A stretch of 64,000 bases of DNA, taken from positions 5,207-69,206 of the forward strand of contig BPJE01000002.1 in assembly GCA_026004455.1 (NCBI GenBank). Direction: 5' to 3'. The position numbers were made by a program, and so were the translations under genes. Shown here piece after piece: positions 53,562 through 63,558 of the stretch (the first letter of the stretch is position 1; each line of letters begins with the position of its first letter). This stretch comes from Patescibacteria group bacterium. Its GTDB lineage: Bacteria; Patescibacteriota; Microgenomatia; UBA1406; GWC2-37-13. A model generated the notes under the pieces. The model saw only the letters and a list, made by a program, of their open reading frames with translations, was not told where the DNA came from and did not search any database.

Positions 53562-54932
53562 TTACCGATAATATTCCAAACTCAACCCCCTAAAATTAAC
53601 TGAAGACAACTGATTTTTTCCTTGAAGTTGTAAACATTTTTTATAATCAACTCCCCAAATCTCAGCTTTATAAGGAATAACATAGATTTTTTCATTATTT
53701 AAAAAAATGTCGCGATCGCAAAGATTTTTTAAAGAGATAACTTTTATTTTTTTATCATAATAAATCAATGGGTCAAAAGAAGAAGTGATCATGTAGATTT
53801 TTTTAATTTTATTTTTTTGCAAATAAGAAGCTAAACTTTTCCAATCTTCCCGATGAAAATAGGGAATAAATAAATAAACAAATGAGAAAAAAATAAAAAT
53901 AAATAAAATATACAAATTAAATTTTTCTTTAGTAAAAACTGTTATATAACTTAAATAAATCACAAAAAAAGGCAAAAGATATAAAAATTTAAAATAATTA
54001 AGCATTGGTACAAAAATTGAAAATAAAAATCCAAGAATTATTGGAAAAATTAAAAAAAATAAAATCAACTTAATATTTTTTTTATCAAAACCAGCCTTTT
54101 GATAATAAAAATCATAATAATTTTTTATCACATCAACAAAAAAAATTAATGTAAAAATAACTGCTCCCCAATAAAAATATTTTGGATAAAAACTAATTCT
54201 ACCTATGATAAATTTTATTGGTACAAGAAGAAGATTTTTAATATTGACATTTCCTAAAACTAGTGACCAATTTAAAACTTGTTTTAAAGATATAGAAGCA
54301 TTAATTAACTGTTTAAAAAGAAGTGGCAAAATTAAAAAAGAAAAACTAACAAAAAAAATAAAAGTCACTTGAAAAAAATATTTTTTCTTTTTTAACAAAA
54401 AATAAATTAAATAACCTATTATTAAAAAAATTGATCCATAAAAACTAAAAAAACTCAAAATTAAAAATAAATTAAAAAAAATAAGATCTTTTGAAAAATG
54501 ATTGTTTCTTAATTTTAAAAAATAATAGAAACTAGTAGTGATAAAAAAAGTTGTCATCATATACATTCTTGCCTCTTGTGAATAATAAACAATTAGAGGA
54601 TTAAATAAAAATAAAATTGCTGACCAAAAACCAAGCTTTTTATCTTTTAAAATTTTTCCAATTTTATAAATAACAATTGCTGTCATTAAACTAAAAATTA
54701 CTGATGGCATTCTTAAAGATATCTCTGAAAATCCAAAAAAACTTGTCCATAATTTCATAAATAAGTAATACAAAGGCGGATGAAAATCAAAAGGAGAAAA
54801 TTTACTAATAATCTCAAAAAAATTATATTGACTAACAACTCGAGCAACAATTGCCTCATCTAACCATAAAGATTGATTTAAAGACATTAGCCTTATTAAA
54901 AAAGCAAAAATAAAAATTAAAAATATACTCAT
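53562..54932 (-). CDS. GT39/ArnT-like membrane glycosyltransferase
   Basis: QSLWLDEA, HPPLYY, YSQEARMY, REDW. Confidence 0.88.
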   Translation of the reverse strand: MSIFLIFIFAFLIRLMSLNQSLWLDEAIVARVVSQYNFFEIISKFSPFDFHPPLYYLFMKLWTSFFGFSEISLRMPSVIFSLMTAIVIYKIGKILKDKKLGFWSAILFLFNPLIVYYSQEARMYMMTTFFITTSFYYFLKLRNNHFSKDLIFFNLFLILSFFSFYGSIFLIIGYLIYFLLKKKKYFFQVTFIFFVSFSFLILPLLFKQLINASISLKQVLNWSLVLGNVNIKNLLLVPIKFIIGRISFYPKYFYWGAVIFTLIFFVDVIKNYYDFYYQKAGFDKKNIKLILFFLIFPIILGFLFSIFVPMLNYFKFLYLLPFFVIYLSYITVFTKEKFNLYILFIFIFFSFVYLFIPYFHREDWKSLASYLQKNKIKKIYMITSSFDPLIYYDKKIKVISLKNLCDRDIFLNNEKIYVIPYKAEIWGVDYKKCLQLQGKNQLSSVNFRGLSLEYYR

Positions 54933-55036
54933 AAAAACATTTTACATGATTTTAAATTAAATTAAAAACAGTTGAATTCTAAAGATTAATATTTTATATT
55001 TTATATTTGATATTTGTCCGCCAGCTGGCGGATTTG

Positions 55037-55107
55037 GCGGGATTAGTTGATCGGCTCAATGTCTGCTTTCCAAGCAGAAGAGACGGGTTCGACTCCCGTA
55101 TCCCGCT
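55037..55107 (+). tRNA. tRNA-Gly(TCC)
   Basis: Acceptor GCGGGAT/ATCCCGC-T; anticodon arm TCTGC-TTTCCAA-GCAGA; T arm GGTTCGACTCC. Confidence 0.92.
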
Positions 55108-55862
55108 CATTTTTTTAGTTGAAGATAGATTTTTTGACTTTCCTCAAACTCTTCTTTTGTATTTATTCCAATACCAACTGAAGAAAAGGGGACCTCAACG
55201 GCAATAACTTTTTCATTATTTTTTACTGCTATTTCCACTAAACTATTGATATAGTATTCCTTTGAAACTGGTGATCGAGGAATTTTTTTAATATTTTTTA
55301 ATAAAAATTCAAAATCAAAACAATAAAATCCAGCATTAAGCTCAGTAATATTTTTTCTAATTTCATCACTAGCATCTTTATATTCAACACTTCCAATAAC
55401 ATTATTTTTTTTATCCCTTAAAATATATCCCCAATGATATTTATCATTATTCTTGCTTTTAACAGTAATTAAAGACATTTTTGCTTGATTTTTTTTATGC
55501 TCTCTTATCAATTTCTCAATATCTTCTTTTTTATAAAACATCGTATGATCACCATAACCAACTAAAATAATCTCTGGTTTTAAATTTAAATTTTTAATTT
55601 CATTTAGAGCAACTTTAACCGCATGGCCAGTACCCAATCTTTTTTTTTGATAAGCAAAAAATACTTGTTTACCTTCCAAAACTTTTTTAACACTTTCATG
55701 AAAGGCACCAATGACAACTAATATCTTATCAACAATTTTTTCCATTAAATCAATTGAGTAAAGAATTAAAGGTTTATTCAAAAAAGGTAAAGTAACCTTA
55801 TTAGTTTTTTTTGATTTTAACCTTGTCCCTTTTCCCGCTGCCAAAATTATTCCAATTATCAT
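55107..55862 (-). CDS. GlmU N-terminal-like nucleotidyltransferase (no acetyltransferase domain)
   Basis: LAAGKGTR, Q..RLGTGHAV, GD, VE.KDA, NAG.YCF, EYY. Confidence 0.88.
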   Translation of the reverse strand: MIIGIILAAGKGTRLKSKKTNKVTLPFLNKPLILYSIDLMEKIVDKILVVIGAFHESVKKVLEGKQVFFAYQKKRLGTGHAVKVALNEIKNLNLKPEIILVGYGDHTMFYKKEDIEKLIREHKKNQAKMSLITVKSKNNDKYHWGYILRDKKNNVIGSVEYKDASDEIRKNITELNAGFYCFDFEFLLKNIKKIPRSPVSKEYYINSLVEIAVKNNEKVIAVEVPFSSVGIGINTKEEFEESQKIYLQLKK

Positions 55863-55873
55863 AAAATTAGATT

Positions 55874-55908
55874 AAGGAAAGAATCTTTTTAAAAAAGGTT
55901 CTGTCCTT
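55874..55908. repeat. Degenerate family A palindrome
   Basis: AAGGAAAGAATCTTTT..AAAAGGTTCTGTCCTT. Confidence 0.88.
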
Positions 55909-55927
55909 ATTATTTAAATTGTTAATT

Positions 55928-56932
55928 TTATCTTTCCCAACCATTGGGATGTTTAGTATACCATTTAATCAACGATACAATTGAGTCTTCAATTTTTCTT
56001 TTTGGTATCCATCCCAAAACTTTTTTTGCTTTTTTAATATCAGCATATATCTTTGCATATTCTCCTTGACGAGGAGTAGTTTTTTTTAACTCAAATTTTT
56101 TTCCTGTTACTTCTTGAACTTTATTAACAATTTCTAAAACTGAGTTTCCAGTTCCTGTTCCTAAATTTATTATCTCTTTAAAATTACTTTCGATTAATTT
56201 TTCAACCGCTTTCAAATGGGCATCATTTAAATCAACAACATTAATATAATCTCGAATTGGTGTTTTGTCAGGAGTATCAACTTCAGGACAAGTTAAATAA
56301 AAAGGTTCAATACCCAAAGCCCCTCGAACAGCATTTTGAACCAATAAAACCGAAGGTTTTTTTGAATCACCAATTAAACCATCATCAGCAGCGCCACAAA
56401 CATTAAAATAACGAAGAATAAAATAATTTAAATCATAAATTTTTCCATACCATTCAATTATTTTTTCAGCCATTCTTTTGGAGACACCATAAGGATTAAT
56501 TGGATTTGTCTTATGATTTTCATCAACAGGTACATATTCTGTTTCACCATAAACAGCGCAAGTTGAAGAAAAAACTAATTTTTTTATACTAAACTTTTTC
56601 ATTGTTTCCAATAAATTCAAAGAGCTATTAACATTGTTATTAAAATACTTATAAGGATTTTTCATTGACTCATCAACCAAACAAGATGCTGCATAATGAA
56701 CAACTACCTCAATATCTTTTTCTTTTTCAAAAACCTCAGTTAAATCAGTTTTTAAATCTTTTTCATAAAAAACAAAATTTTCTCCATATTTTTCTTTTAA
56801 AATCTCAATTGGTTGGCGATATCCTGTTTGAAAATTATCAATTCCAACCACTTGAAAATTATTTTTTAAAAATAAATCAGCAGCAATTGAACCAATATAT
56901 CCACCAACTCCAGTAATTAAAACTTTTTTCAT
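55928..56932 (-). CDS. galE: UDP-glucose 4-epimerase
   Basis: GVGGYIGS, SSTCAVYG, PYGVSK, RYFNV, RDYI. Confidence 0.93.
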   Translation of the reverse strand: MKKVLITGVGGYIGSIAADLFLKNNFQVVGIDNFQTGYRQPIEILKEKYGENFVFYEKDLKTDLTEVFEKEKDIEVVVHYAASCLVDESMKNPYKYFNNNVNSSLNLLETMKKFSIKKLVFSSTCAVYGETEYVPVDENHKTNPINPYGVSKRMAEKIIEWYGKIYDLNYFILRYFNVCGAADDGLIGDSKKPSVLLVQNAVRGALGIEPFYLTCPEVDTPDKTPIRDYINVVDLNDAHLKAVEKLIESNFKEIINLGTGTGNSVLEIVNKVQEVTGKKFELKKTTPRQGEYAKIYADIKKAKKVLGWIPKRKIEDSIVSLIKWYTKHPNGWER

Positions 56933-56996
56933 ATTTATTTAAAAAAACTATTAATAAATTTTTTAACTATTTTTAACTATTTAAAACTATTTATAA

Positions 56997-57905
56997 CTAT
57001 TTATAACTATTTATAACTTTCTTTATCGGGTGCCAATGAACTCGATTTTCCGCTAAATAAATTCCTCCAAAAACAAAAATGCTTCCTAAAATATACCAAA
57101 AATTAGGCAACTCTCCAAGTAAAGGATAAGCAATAATTACCGCAACTACTGGATCAATATAAGTAAAAATACCAACTTCTTGTCCTTCTAATTTTGAAAT
57201 TCCGTAATAATACAAAAAATAAGCAATTGCTGAAGAAAAGAAAACTCCATAAATTATTCCCACCCAACCATTAATGGTTAATTGAGAAAATGACCAACTA
57301 GATAACTCTGAAGGGACAAAAATTAAAAATAATAAACTTGACAATAAAAAAGAAAATGCCGAAACAAAATAAGGGTTAACTTTTTTTAATAAATCTTTAC
57401 CAATTAAAGTTTGAATTACAGTTCCTAAAGTTGCCAAAACAATAAAAAAATTTCCTTCAATCTCACCAAATAAAATTTTTTTTCCATCAAAAAAAAGGGG
57501 GTAGAGAACTATTGTCAAAACACCAATTAAAGATATTATCATTCCGGCAAATACTTTTAGTTTTGGTTTTTCTTTTAAAAACAAAATTGAAAAAATATAT
57601 AAAAAAACTGGTCCTGATGAAGCAATAATTGGCACATTAATACTTTCAGTTTTTTTAAGTCCTAAGAAAAAAAAGGTAATATTGATAAATATTCCAAAAA
57701 AACCAACTAAAAAAATCTCTATCCATCTTTTAAAATTTATTTTTTGAAAATTTTTTAAAGCAATTGGTAAAAAAATTAATCCAGCAAAGAAAAATCTAAT
57801 AAAAGCTAAAGTAAAAGGTGGAATATTTTCTAAAGCAAATTTAAAAATTGGCGATGCACCTCCCCAGATAATATTAGTGATAATTAATGCTAAAATAGGA
57901 TTCAT
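56997..57905 (-). CDS. EamA/DMT-family transporter
   Basis: IWG, PF.LAFIRF, LKEK, duplicated 5-TM halves. Confidence 0.9.
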   Translation of the reverse strand: MNPILALIITNIIWGGASPIFKFALENIPPFTLAFIRFFFAGLIFLPIALKNFQKINFKRWIEIFLVGFFGIFINITFFFLGLKKTESINVPIIASSGPVFLYIFSILFLKEKPKLKVFAGMIISLIGVLTIVLYPLFFDGKKILFGEIEGNFFIVLATLGTVIQTLIGKDLLKKVNPYFVSAFSFLLSSLLFLIFVPSELSSWSFSQLTINGWVGIIYGVFFSSAIAYFLYYYGISKLEGQEVGIFTYIDPVVAVIIAYPLLGELPNFWYILGSIFVFGGIYLAENRVHWHPIKKVINSYK

Positions 57906-57906
57906 A

Positions 57907-58803
57907 CTAGTTTTTATTTTTTTTATTTAAATAAACAATTAATTCGCCAATTATTCCTGTTGATAAAATTTGTATTCCAACAACTACTAATAAAATTCCA
58001 AGCCACAAAATTGGTCTTCGATAAAGAAGCATATTATGAAAAATTCTTTCAAAACCCAGATATCCTAAAATTAAAAAACCTAAAAGCGATATTATTCCAC
58101 CAATCATTCCAAAAAAATGAAGTGGTCTTTCAGAAAATTTGTATAAAAATATCGCTGTTAATACATCAAAAATACCAACAAATATTTTTTTTGGACCAAA
58201 TTTTGATTTTCCAAAACGTCGAGGATTATTAATTACTGGTACCTCAGCAACCTTAAATCCTTGATAATAAACAAAAAGCGGAAAAAATCGAAAATTATTT
58301 CCATAAAAGACAAAGTCTTTGGTGACTTCTTTTTTAAAAGCTTTAAATCCACAATTAATATCAGTAAAAGGAGAATTTAAGATTTTTTTCAAAACTAATC
58401 CAGCTAATTTTGAATAAATTTTCACCAAAAAATTTTCTTTTCTTTCCATTCTTACACCATTAACAAAATCATAACCTTCATCTATTTTTTTTAAAAATTT
58501 AGACCAATCTTTTGGATCATCTTGTAAATCTGCATCCATAAAAATAATTATTTCACCTGATGCATTTTCAACACCAGTTTTCAAAGCCTCTCCTTTTCCT
58601 AACTTTTTCTTATGTTTTATTAATTTAATATTTTTATTTTTTTGAAAACTGAAAATTGAAAACTGAAAACTATCAGTGCTTCCATCATCAACTAAAACAA
58701 TCTCATAATCTTTTTTAATTTTTTTAAATTCTTTAATCAGCAAATCCAAAAGAATCGGCAAATTTTCTTTTTCATTATGAAATGGTATAACAATAGAAAT
58801 CAT
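57907..58803 (-). CDS. ArnC-like GT2 polyprenol-phosphate glycosyltransferase
   Basis: DDGSTD, MDADLQD, D.NCGFK, two C-terminal TMs, GIIGE. Confidence 0.9.
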   Translation of the reverse strand: MISIVIPFHNEKENLPILLDLLIKEFKKIKKDYEIVLVDDGSTDSFQFSIFSFQKNKNIKLIKHKKKLGKGEALKTGVENASGEIIIFMDADLQDDPKDWSKFLKKIDEGYDFVNGVRMERKENFLVKIYSKLAGLVLKKILNSPFTDINCGFKAFKKEVTKDFVFYGNNFRFFPLFVYYQGFKVAEVPVINNPRRFGKSKFGPKKIFVGIFDVLTAIFLYKFSERPLHFFGMIGGIISLLGFLILGYLGFERIFHNMLLYRRPILWLGILLVVVGIQILSTGIIGELIVYLNKKNKN

Positions 58804-58814
58804 TTTTAAATTTT

Positions 58815-60272
58815 TTAATTTTTAATTTTCTTATACACCTCAACACTTCCTCCATATCTATCATTTAAATTATCTGAATAAATCATCTGAAAATTTTTAT
58901 CTTCTAATAATTTTTGATAAAACTTTACTGATAAACTACCTTTACTTAAATCACCAATCTCTTTTTTATAAATTATCACATAATCAGCTTTTTTATATTT
59001 ATCCGACCTATTTATTATATCATCTTCAATTTCACCAATCTCACCAAACGCTGGATCAAATAAAAAATTAAAATATTGTTTTCTATTAGTAAAAAATGGC
59101 GCTAATTTTGGAGTGGTGGCAACAATAATATTTTCATCTTTTAATTTTTCCTGCCAAAGCTTGATTGATTGTTTAGTCAATGGATGAATTTCTTGAAACT
59201 CAACTTTTTGTTTTCCAAAAAAAGTTAATGGATTATATAGATAAATTGAATAAATATTTAACAAAATAAAAATTGTTAAAATTATTAATCTAATTTTTTT
59301 ACTTTTAACAATTTTTAAAAATCTTTGAAAACCATAAATAACAGCAATAAATAAAAAAACGACAATAATTGCATGATAATGAAAATATATTGCCCTCATG
59401 TTATTATTAAGACTCAAAATATTGATTCCCCATTCAGGAGCAGCAATTAAAAAAATCTCTGGTGCTAAAAGTGAAAAAAATAATGGATTAACTAATCTTA
59501 AAAAATATTCATATCCGTTAGAAATAATTGTTGGCAGACGCGACTTAATGTTTGAAAAATAATTACTAGCAAAATGTTTATCACCACGAAAATAGGGGAT
59601 AATAAAATAAGTAGTTGTTAAGAAAAAAATTAATCCTAAAAAAATTGTTATTAAACCATGTTTTTTTTCTTTTTTAACAATAAAAATATAAATTCCTAAA
59701 AACAAAACAATTAAACCGATATGCTCTTTAGTCAACAATGATAAAACAACAAAAACATAAAACCAGCGCCAATTTTTGATCTCTAAAAAATAAAAAGCAG
59801 CGATAAAAAAAGTTGTTGCTAAAACAACTGCATGAAAATCAAAAAGAATCATTCTTTCAATGGCAAAATAAGATAAATAAGTGACTGAAATTAAAAAACT
59901 ATAAAAATCATTTTTAATAATTTTTTTTGCTAATAAAAATAAAAAAACACTTCCTAAAGAAATAATTATTACTTGAAAGATGATTAACCAAATATATGAT
60001 GGGTAAATAAAATAAAAAGGTGCAAAAAAGATTAGAATCGGATCAAAATGAATTGCCAATCGCGACATGTTTTTTAAAAAAGTTGGATTAGTCATCTCTA
60101 AAATTCTTCCTCGTGAAGTATTGTAAACTACTTGATTCATAATTCCTAAATCATAATAATGCGAATTTAAAGTCTCCACTCTTCTTATTGCTAAATAAGA
60201 AAAATAAAAAATAAAAATAATGTTTAACAAAAATAAAGATAAAAAAATAATTTTTGATTTTTTTCCTATCAT
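58815..60272 (-). CDS. DUF2079-like GT-C membrane protein
   Basis: YDLGI..Q, HFDPIL, FDFH, KE motifs. Confidence 0.8.
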   Translation of the reverse strand: MIGKKSKIIFLSLFLLNIIFIFYFSYLAIRRVETLNSHYYDLGIMNQVVYNTSRGRILEMTNPTFLKNMSRLAIHFDPILIFFAPFYFIYPSYIWLIIFQVIIISLGSVFLFLLAKKIIKNDFYSFLISVTYLSYFAIERMILFDFHAVVLATTFFIAAFYFLEIKNWRWFYVFVVLSLLTKEHIGLIVLFLGIYIFIVKKEKKHGLITIFLGLIFFLTTTYFIIPYFRGDKHFASNYFSNIKSRLPTIISNGYEYFLRLVNPLFFSLLAPEIFLIAAPEWGINILSLNNNMRAIYFHYHAIIVVFLFIAVIYGFQRFLKIVKSKKIRLIILTIFILLNIYSIYLYNPLTFFGKQKVEFQEIHPLTKQSIKLWQEKLKDENIIVATTPKLAPFFTNRKQYFNFLFDPAFGEIGEIEDDIINRSDKYKKADYVIIYKKEIGDLSKGSLSVKFYQKLLEDKNFQMIYSDNLNDRYGGSVEVYKKIKN

Positions 60273-60301
60273 TTTTAATTTTTCATTTTTAATTTTTAAT
60301 T

Positions 60302-62530
60302 TTATTTGTTTCCCGAATGAAACTTTTCATGAATCTCTTTTAATCTCGTATTAGTCACATGAGTGTAAATCTGAGTGGTTGAGATATTTTTATGTCCCAA
60401 CATCTCCTGTACACTTCGCAAATCAGCCCCATGTGACAATAAATCTGTTGCAAATGAATTATGGCTTATAATGCCATCAGTTATTAAATTATGATTTTTT
60501 TCAACATAAAAATCGTATACAGTATATTGAGAGGATCCTAATTTTGTTTTTGACTTAACTTTTAAGAATTTTATATTTCTTAAGTTTGCTAATTTATAGT
60601 ATTCTAAATATTGTTTATCATTAATTACTCCTAATTTCTTAAATCCCTTTATTATTTTTATAAACGTACTTTCGGTAGGCATTAAATTTTCACAATAACG
60701 AACTATATCTTTAATTTTCATTTTTTCGAAAGTTTTACTATATTGTATTTTATTTAATTTCGCTTTCTCAATTAAATTAGAAATTATTTGATTAAAAGGT
60801 AGTTTAGTATAATCATCTTTTATCTTTTTACTTATTATAATTGTTTCATTTTTTAAAGTAGGTATAAACTTTTTAAAAGTTATAATACTTTTTTTATCTA
60901 AAATTACTAACTCATAAATTCTACTTGAATAAATTTCTTGATTATGAGGTAAGATAGTATTTCTTTTTCTTTTTTCAAGGTGACTATCAATTCCAAAATA
61001 AAGAAGAAGCATTTGAATTTGTTTTAGCAATAAAAAAGATGATGAAAAAAATCGAGGATTTTCAGTCTTAGTTAATCCCTCCGCATCATAAAATCCAGCA
61101 ATAAAATATCTTATTTCTTCTTTTGTTGCATTAAATATTTTTTTGGGAATTAGTTTTTCTTTTGCTTTTTTATTGAAATCAATTAGTTCATGAAAAAATT
61201 CAACTAACTCTTTTGAATAAAAAACCAATTGAAATGAATTTGAGTTGGGACTTTTTAAAATTTTTCCTTTTTTTCCAAAAAGACTCTCTATTAAATCAAG
61301 ATAATATTCTAAAATATTTTTATTTTTATCAAAAATAAAAATACCTCTTCTTAACTTATTAACAACGCCATCACCAAGAACATAACCAACTATTCTCCAT
61401 AATCTTTTATCTAAGGTTTTTTTACCTTTGTGAGGAATAATTTTAGGAGCAATAAGATTTTCACCAATTTGTATATCTTTTGCTTTTTTTTCAACAAAAC
61501 TTTCGTTGTCAAAAATATATAAAAGATGATTACCAGAACATTTTATCTCATACCCATCAGCAAAAATTGAATAAAGATAAGTATTATGGGTTGATTTTAA
61601 AATAATTTTATCTTTGACAATTTTTTTATTTTTAAAATCCAAAGAATAAATTCCATTTTCTAAGCTAAAATAAAGTTCACGAGCTGATATTAAACCATCT
61701 TTAGTAAAAATTAAAGTTTCTGGATGCAAACAATGTCTTAAAACATGCGGTCCAAATCTAAATAAAATTCCTGCTTTTTTTCGATATTTATCAATCATTC
61801 GCTCAACTGATCTTACTGACAATCTCATTTTTTCATTGGTTAATCCCTCTTTTGCCTTTGGCCCAGAGTAACGAATAAAAAGAGGAGAGTAGGGATCATC
61901 TCTTTTGTCTAAATATTTTTTAAGCCATTCTTTAGCTCGCTTAGATAAAAATACCACCCTTGCTTTTCCTCCTTTTCCAATTACCCCAAACTCACCAGTT
62001 TCAATATTGACTTGCTCTCGATTTAAATTAACAAGCTCTGAAACTCGAAGACCAGTAGAAAATAATACTTCTAAAATCGCTCTGTCTCGCAAACCAATGA
62101 TATCAGAAATATCTACTACATTAAATAGTTTTTCTAATTCTTCAGGAAGTAAAAATTTTATTGATCTATCTCTTTGTTTTCCAAGCTCTATCATCTCGGG
62201 AGGTAAAACCTTTAATTTTTGCTTTATCAAATATCTAAAAAAACTTCTTAACGCCACCAAAAAATAATTTTGTGTTTGTCTTTTTAACTCACCTTTATAA
62301 GGATTTTTATAATAATGTGAAAGATAAAGCCTAAACTCTCTGATCGTATTCTCATCAATCTCCTCAACATTTATTAAATTTTGACTTTTGACTTTTAACT
62401 TTTGACTTTTTAATATCCATTCTTTAAAAAAATTTAAATAATATCCATACATTTTGACTGTTTTTAAGGAAAGGTTTTTATCAAGCTCGCAATATTCTAA
62501 AAATCTTAAAATTGCTTCATTAATATCCAT
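60302..62530 (-). CDS. XerC/XerD-like tyrosine recombinase containing an intein
   Basis: [29 protein letters not shown]|intein|SFAT..LGH..TTQIYTH. Confidence 0.95.
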   Translation of the reverse strand: MDINEAILRFLEYCELDKNLSLKTVKMYGYYLNFFKEWILKSQKLKVKSQNLINVEEIDENTIREFRLYLSHYYKNPYKGELKRQTQNYFLVALRSFFRYLIKQKLKVLPPEMIELGKQRDRSIKFLLPEELEKLFNVVDISDIIGLRDRAILEVLFSTGLRVSELVNLNREQVNIETGEFGVIGKGGKARVVFLSKRAKEWLKKYLDKRDDPYSPLFIRYSGPKAKEGLTNEKMRLSVRSVERMIDKYRKKAGILFRFGPHVLRHCLHPETLIFTKDGLISARELYFSLENGIYSLDFKNKKIVKDKIILKSTHNTYLYSIFADGYEIKCSGNHLLYIFDNESFVEKKAKDIQIGENLIAPKIIPHKGKKTLDKRLWRIVGYVLGDGVVNKLRRGIFIFDKNKNILEYYLDLIESLFGKKGKILKSPNSNSFQLVFYSKELVEFFHELIDFNKKAKEKLIPKKIFNATKEEIRYFIAGFYDAEGLTKTENPRFFSSSFLLLKQIQMLLLYFGIDSHLEKRKRNTILPHNQEIYSSRIYELVILDKKSIITFKKFIPTLKNETIIISKKIKDDYTKLPFNQIISNLIEKAKLNKIQYSKTFEKMKIKDIVRYCENLMPTESTFIKIIKGFKKLGVINDKQYLEYYKLANLRNIKFLKVKSKTKLGSSQYTVYDFYVEKNHNLITDGIISHNSFATDLLSHGADLRSVQEMLGHKNISTTQIYTHVTNTRLKEIHEKFHSGNK
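60458..61732 (-). mobile_element. Intein (425 aa) with a LAGLIDADG homing endonuclease
   Basis: Starts CLHPET, ends VYDFYV..HN before Ser; LAGLIDADG blocks IVGYVLGDG and IAGFYDAEG. Confidence 0.95.
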
Positions 62531-62581
62531 AATTTTAATCTTAAACGACGCTAATGTTTTTTTCAATATATGTAATAAAAA

Positions 62582-62692
62582 AATTCAAAATGCAAAATTC
62601 AAAAGTCAAAATTGAAATTCAAAATTAAAAATTTAAAAAAACTTTTGACTTTTAACTTTTATTTTTGACTTTTAAATTTTAACTTTTGAATT
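62582..62692 (+). mobile_element. ~110-bp heptamer-built MITE-like element
   Basis: Close to the reverse complement of 23336-23445. Confidence 0.75.
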
Positions 62693-62751
62693 ATTTATTA
62701 TTTATTTATTATTGATTAAAAATTTATTTATTTTTTATTTGTTATTTTAAA

Positions 62752-62787
62752 AAGGACAGAACCTTTTTGAAAAAAGGTTCTGTCCTT
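62752..62787. repeat. REP-like palindrome family A
   Basis: Perfect arms; flanks resemble those of the 12347 copy in inverted orientation. Confidence 0.95.
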
Positions 62788-62911
62788 AATAATTAGATCA
62801 ATTAGGTTAATTAGAAATTAGAAATTTTTTACGTTACACGTTATACGTTCCACGTTACACATTAAATGTTAGACGTTAGATGTTAAGTGTTAGATGATAT
62901 AATATCTTTAT

Positions 62912-62999
62912 GCCGCAGTGGCGGAATTGGCAGACGCGCAGGGCTTAGGACCCTGTTCCTGTAAAATCAGGAGTAGAGGTTCAACTCCTCTCTGCGGCA
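62912..62999 (+). tRNA. tRNA-Leu(TAG)
   Basis: Acceptor GCCGCAG/CTGCGGC-A; anticodon arm CAGGG-CTTAGGA-CCCTG; long variable arm. Confidence 0.95.
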
Positions 63000-63021
63000 C
63001 ATTATTTATTTAAAAAATAAA

Positions 63022-63558
63022 ATGAATTATTATAAAAAAATTATCTACATACCAAAAGTTGATAAAAACGATAATCTCATTGGTAAAATTGAAAGATGGG
63101 AAGCTCATGAAAAAAATATTTTACATCGAGGTTTCACAACGATTATTAAAGTTAATAAATATTACATACTTCAATTAAGAAAACATATTATATTTGATAA
63201 CTTATTTGATCTTTCATTCTCATCTCATCCCATTTTTAAGAATAATCAACTTGAGGATATAAAAAAAACAATCATTGATACTTTAAAAAGAGAATGGGTG
63301 ATAGATGAAGAAAATTTTAAAATTGATTTTATAAAAAAATATCATTATCAAGAAAAAGATGAAAAATCAAATATGTTTGAAAATGAAATTAATTATTTAT
63401 TTTTATTAAATTTAAATAAACTACCAAAAATTAATCCAGAGTTTTCATATAAAATGATCCCGTTAACAAAAGAAGAGTTAATAAAAAATTTTAGCAAATA
63501 TAATTTTGTTCCTTGGATAAAAAATATAGATCTTAATGAATTAAAAAATATTCTATGA
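63022..63558 (+). CDS. idi: Type I isopentenyl-diphosphate isomerase-like NUDIX protein
   Basis: VD..D..IG....AH....LHRGF, LQ.R, SSHP, ENEI, F.PW. Confidence 0.75.
   Translation: MNYYKKIIYIPKVDKNDNLIGKIERWEAHEKNILHRGFTTIIKVNKYYILQLRKHIIFDNLFDLSFSSHPIFKNNQLEDIKKTIIDTLKREWVIDEENFKIDFIKKYHYQEKDEKSNMFENEINYLFLLNLNKLPKINPEFSYKMIPLTKEELIKNFSKYNFVPWIKNIDLNELKNIL

Noticed and set aside
55007..55207. 66-aa ORF
   Set aside because: It spans tRNA-Gly and a repeat.
60302..62999. Prophage integrase at tRNA-Leu
   Set aside because: No phage genes and no tRNA 3' duplication seen in the window; the protein resembles a chromosomal Xer.
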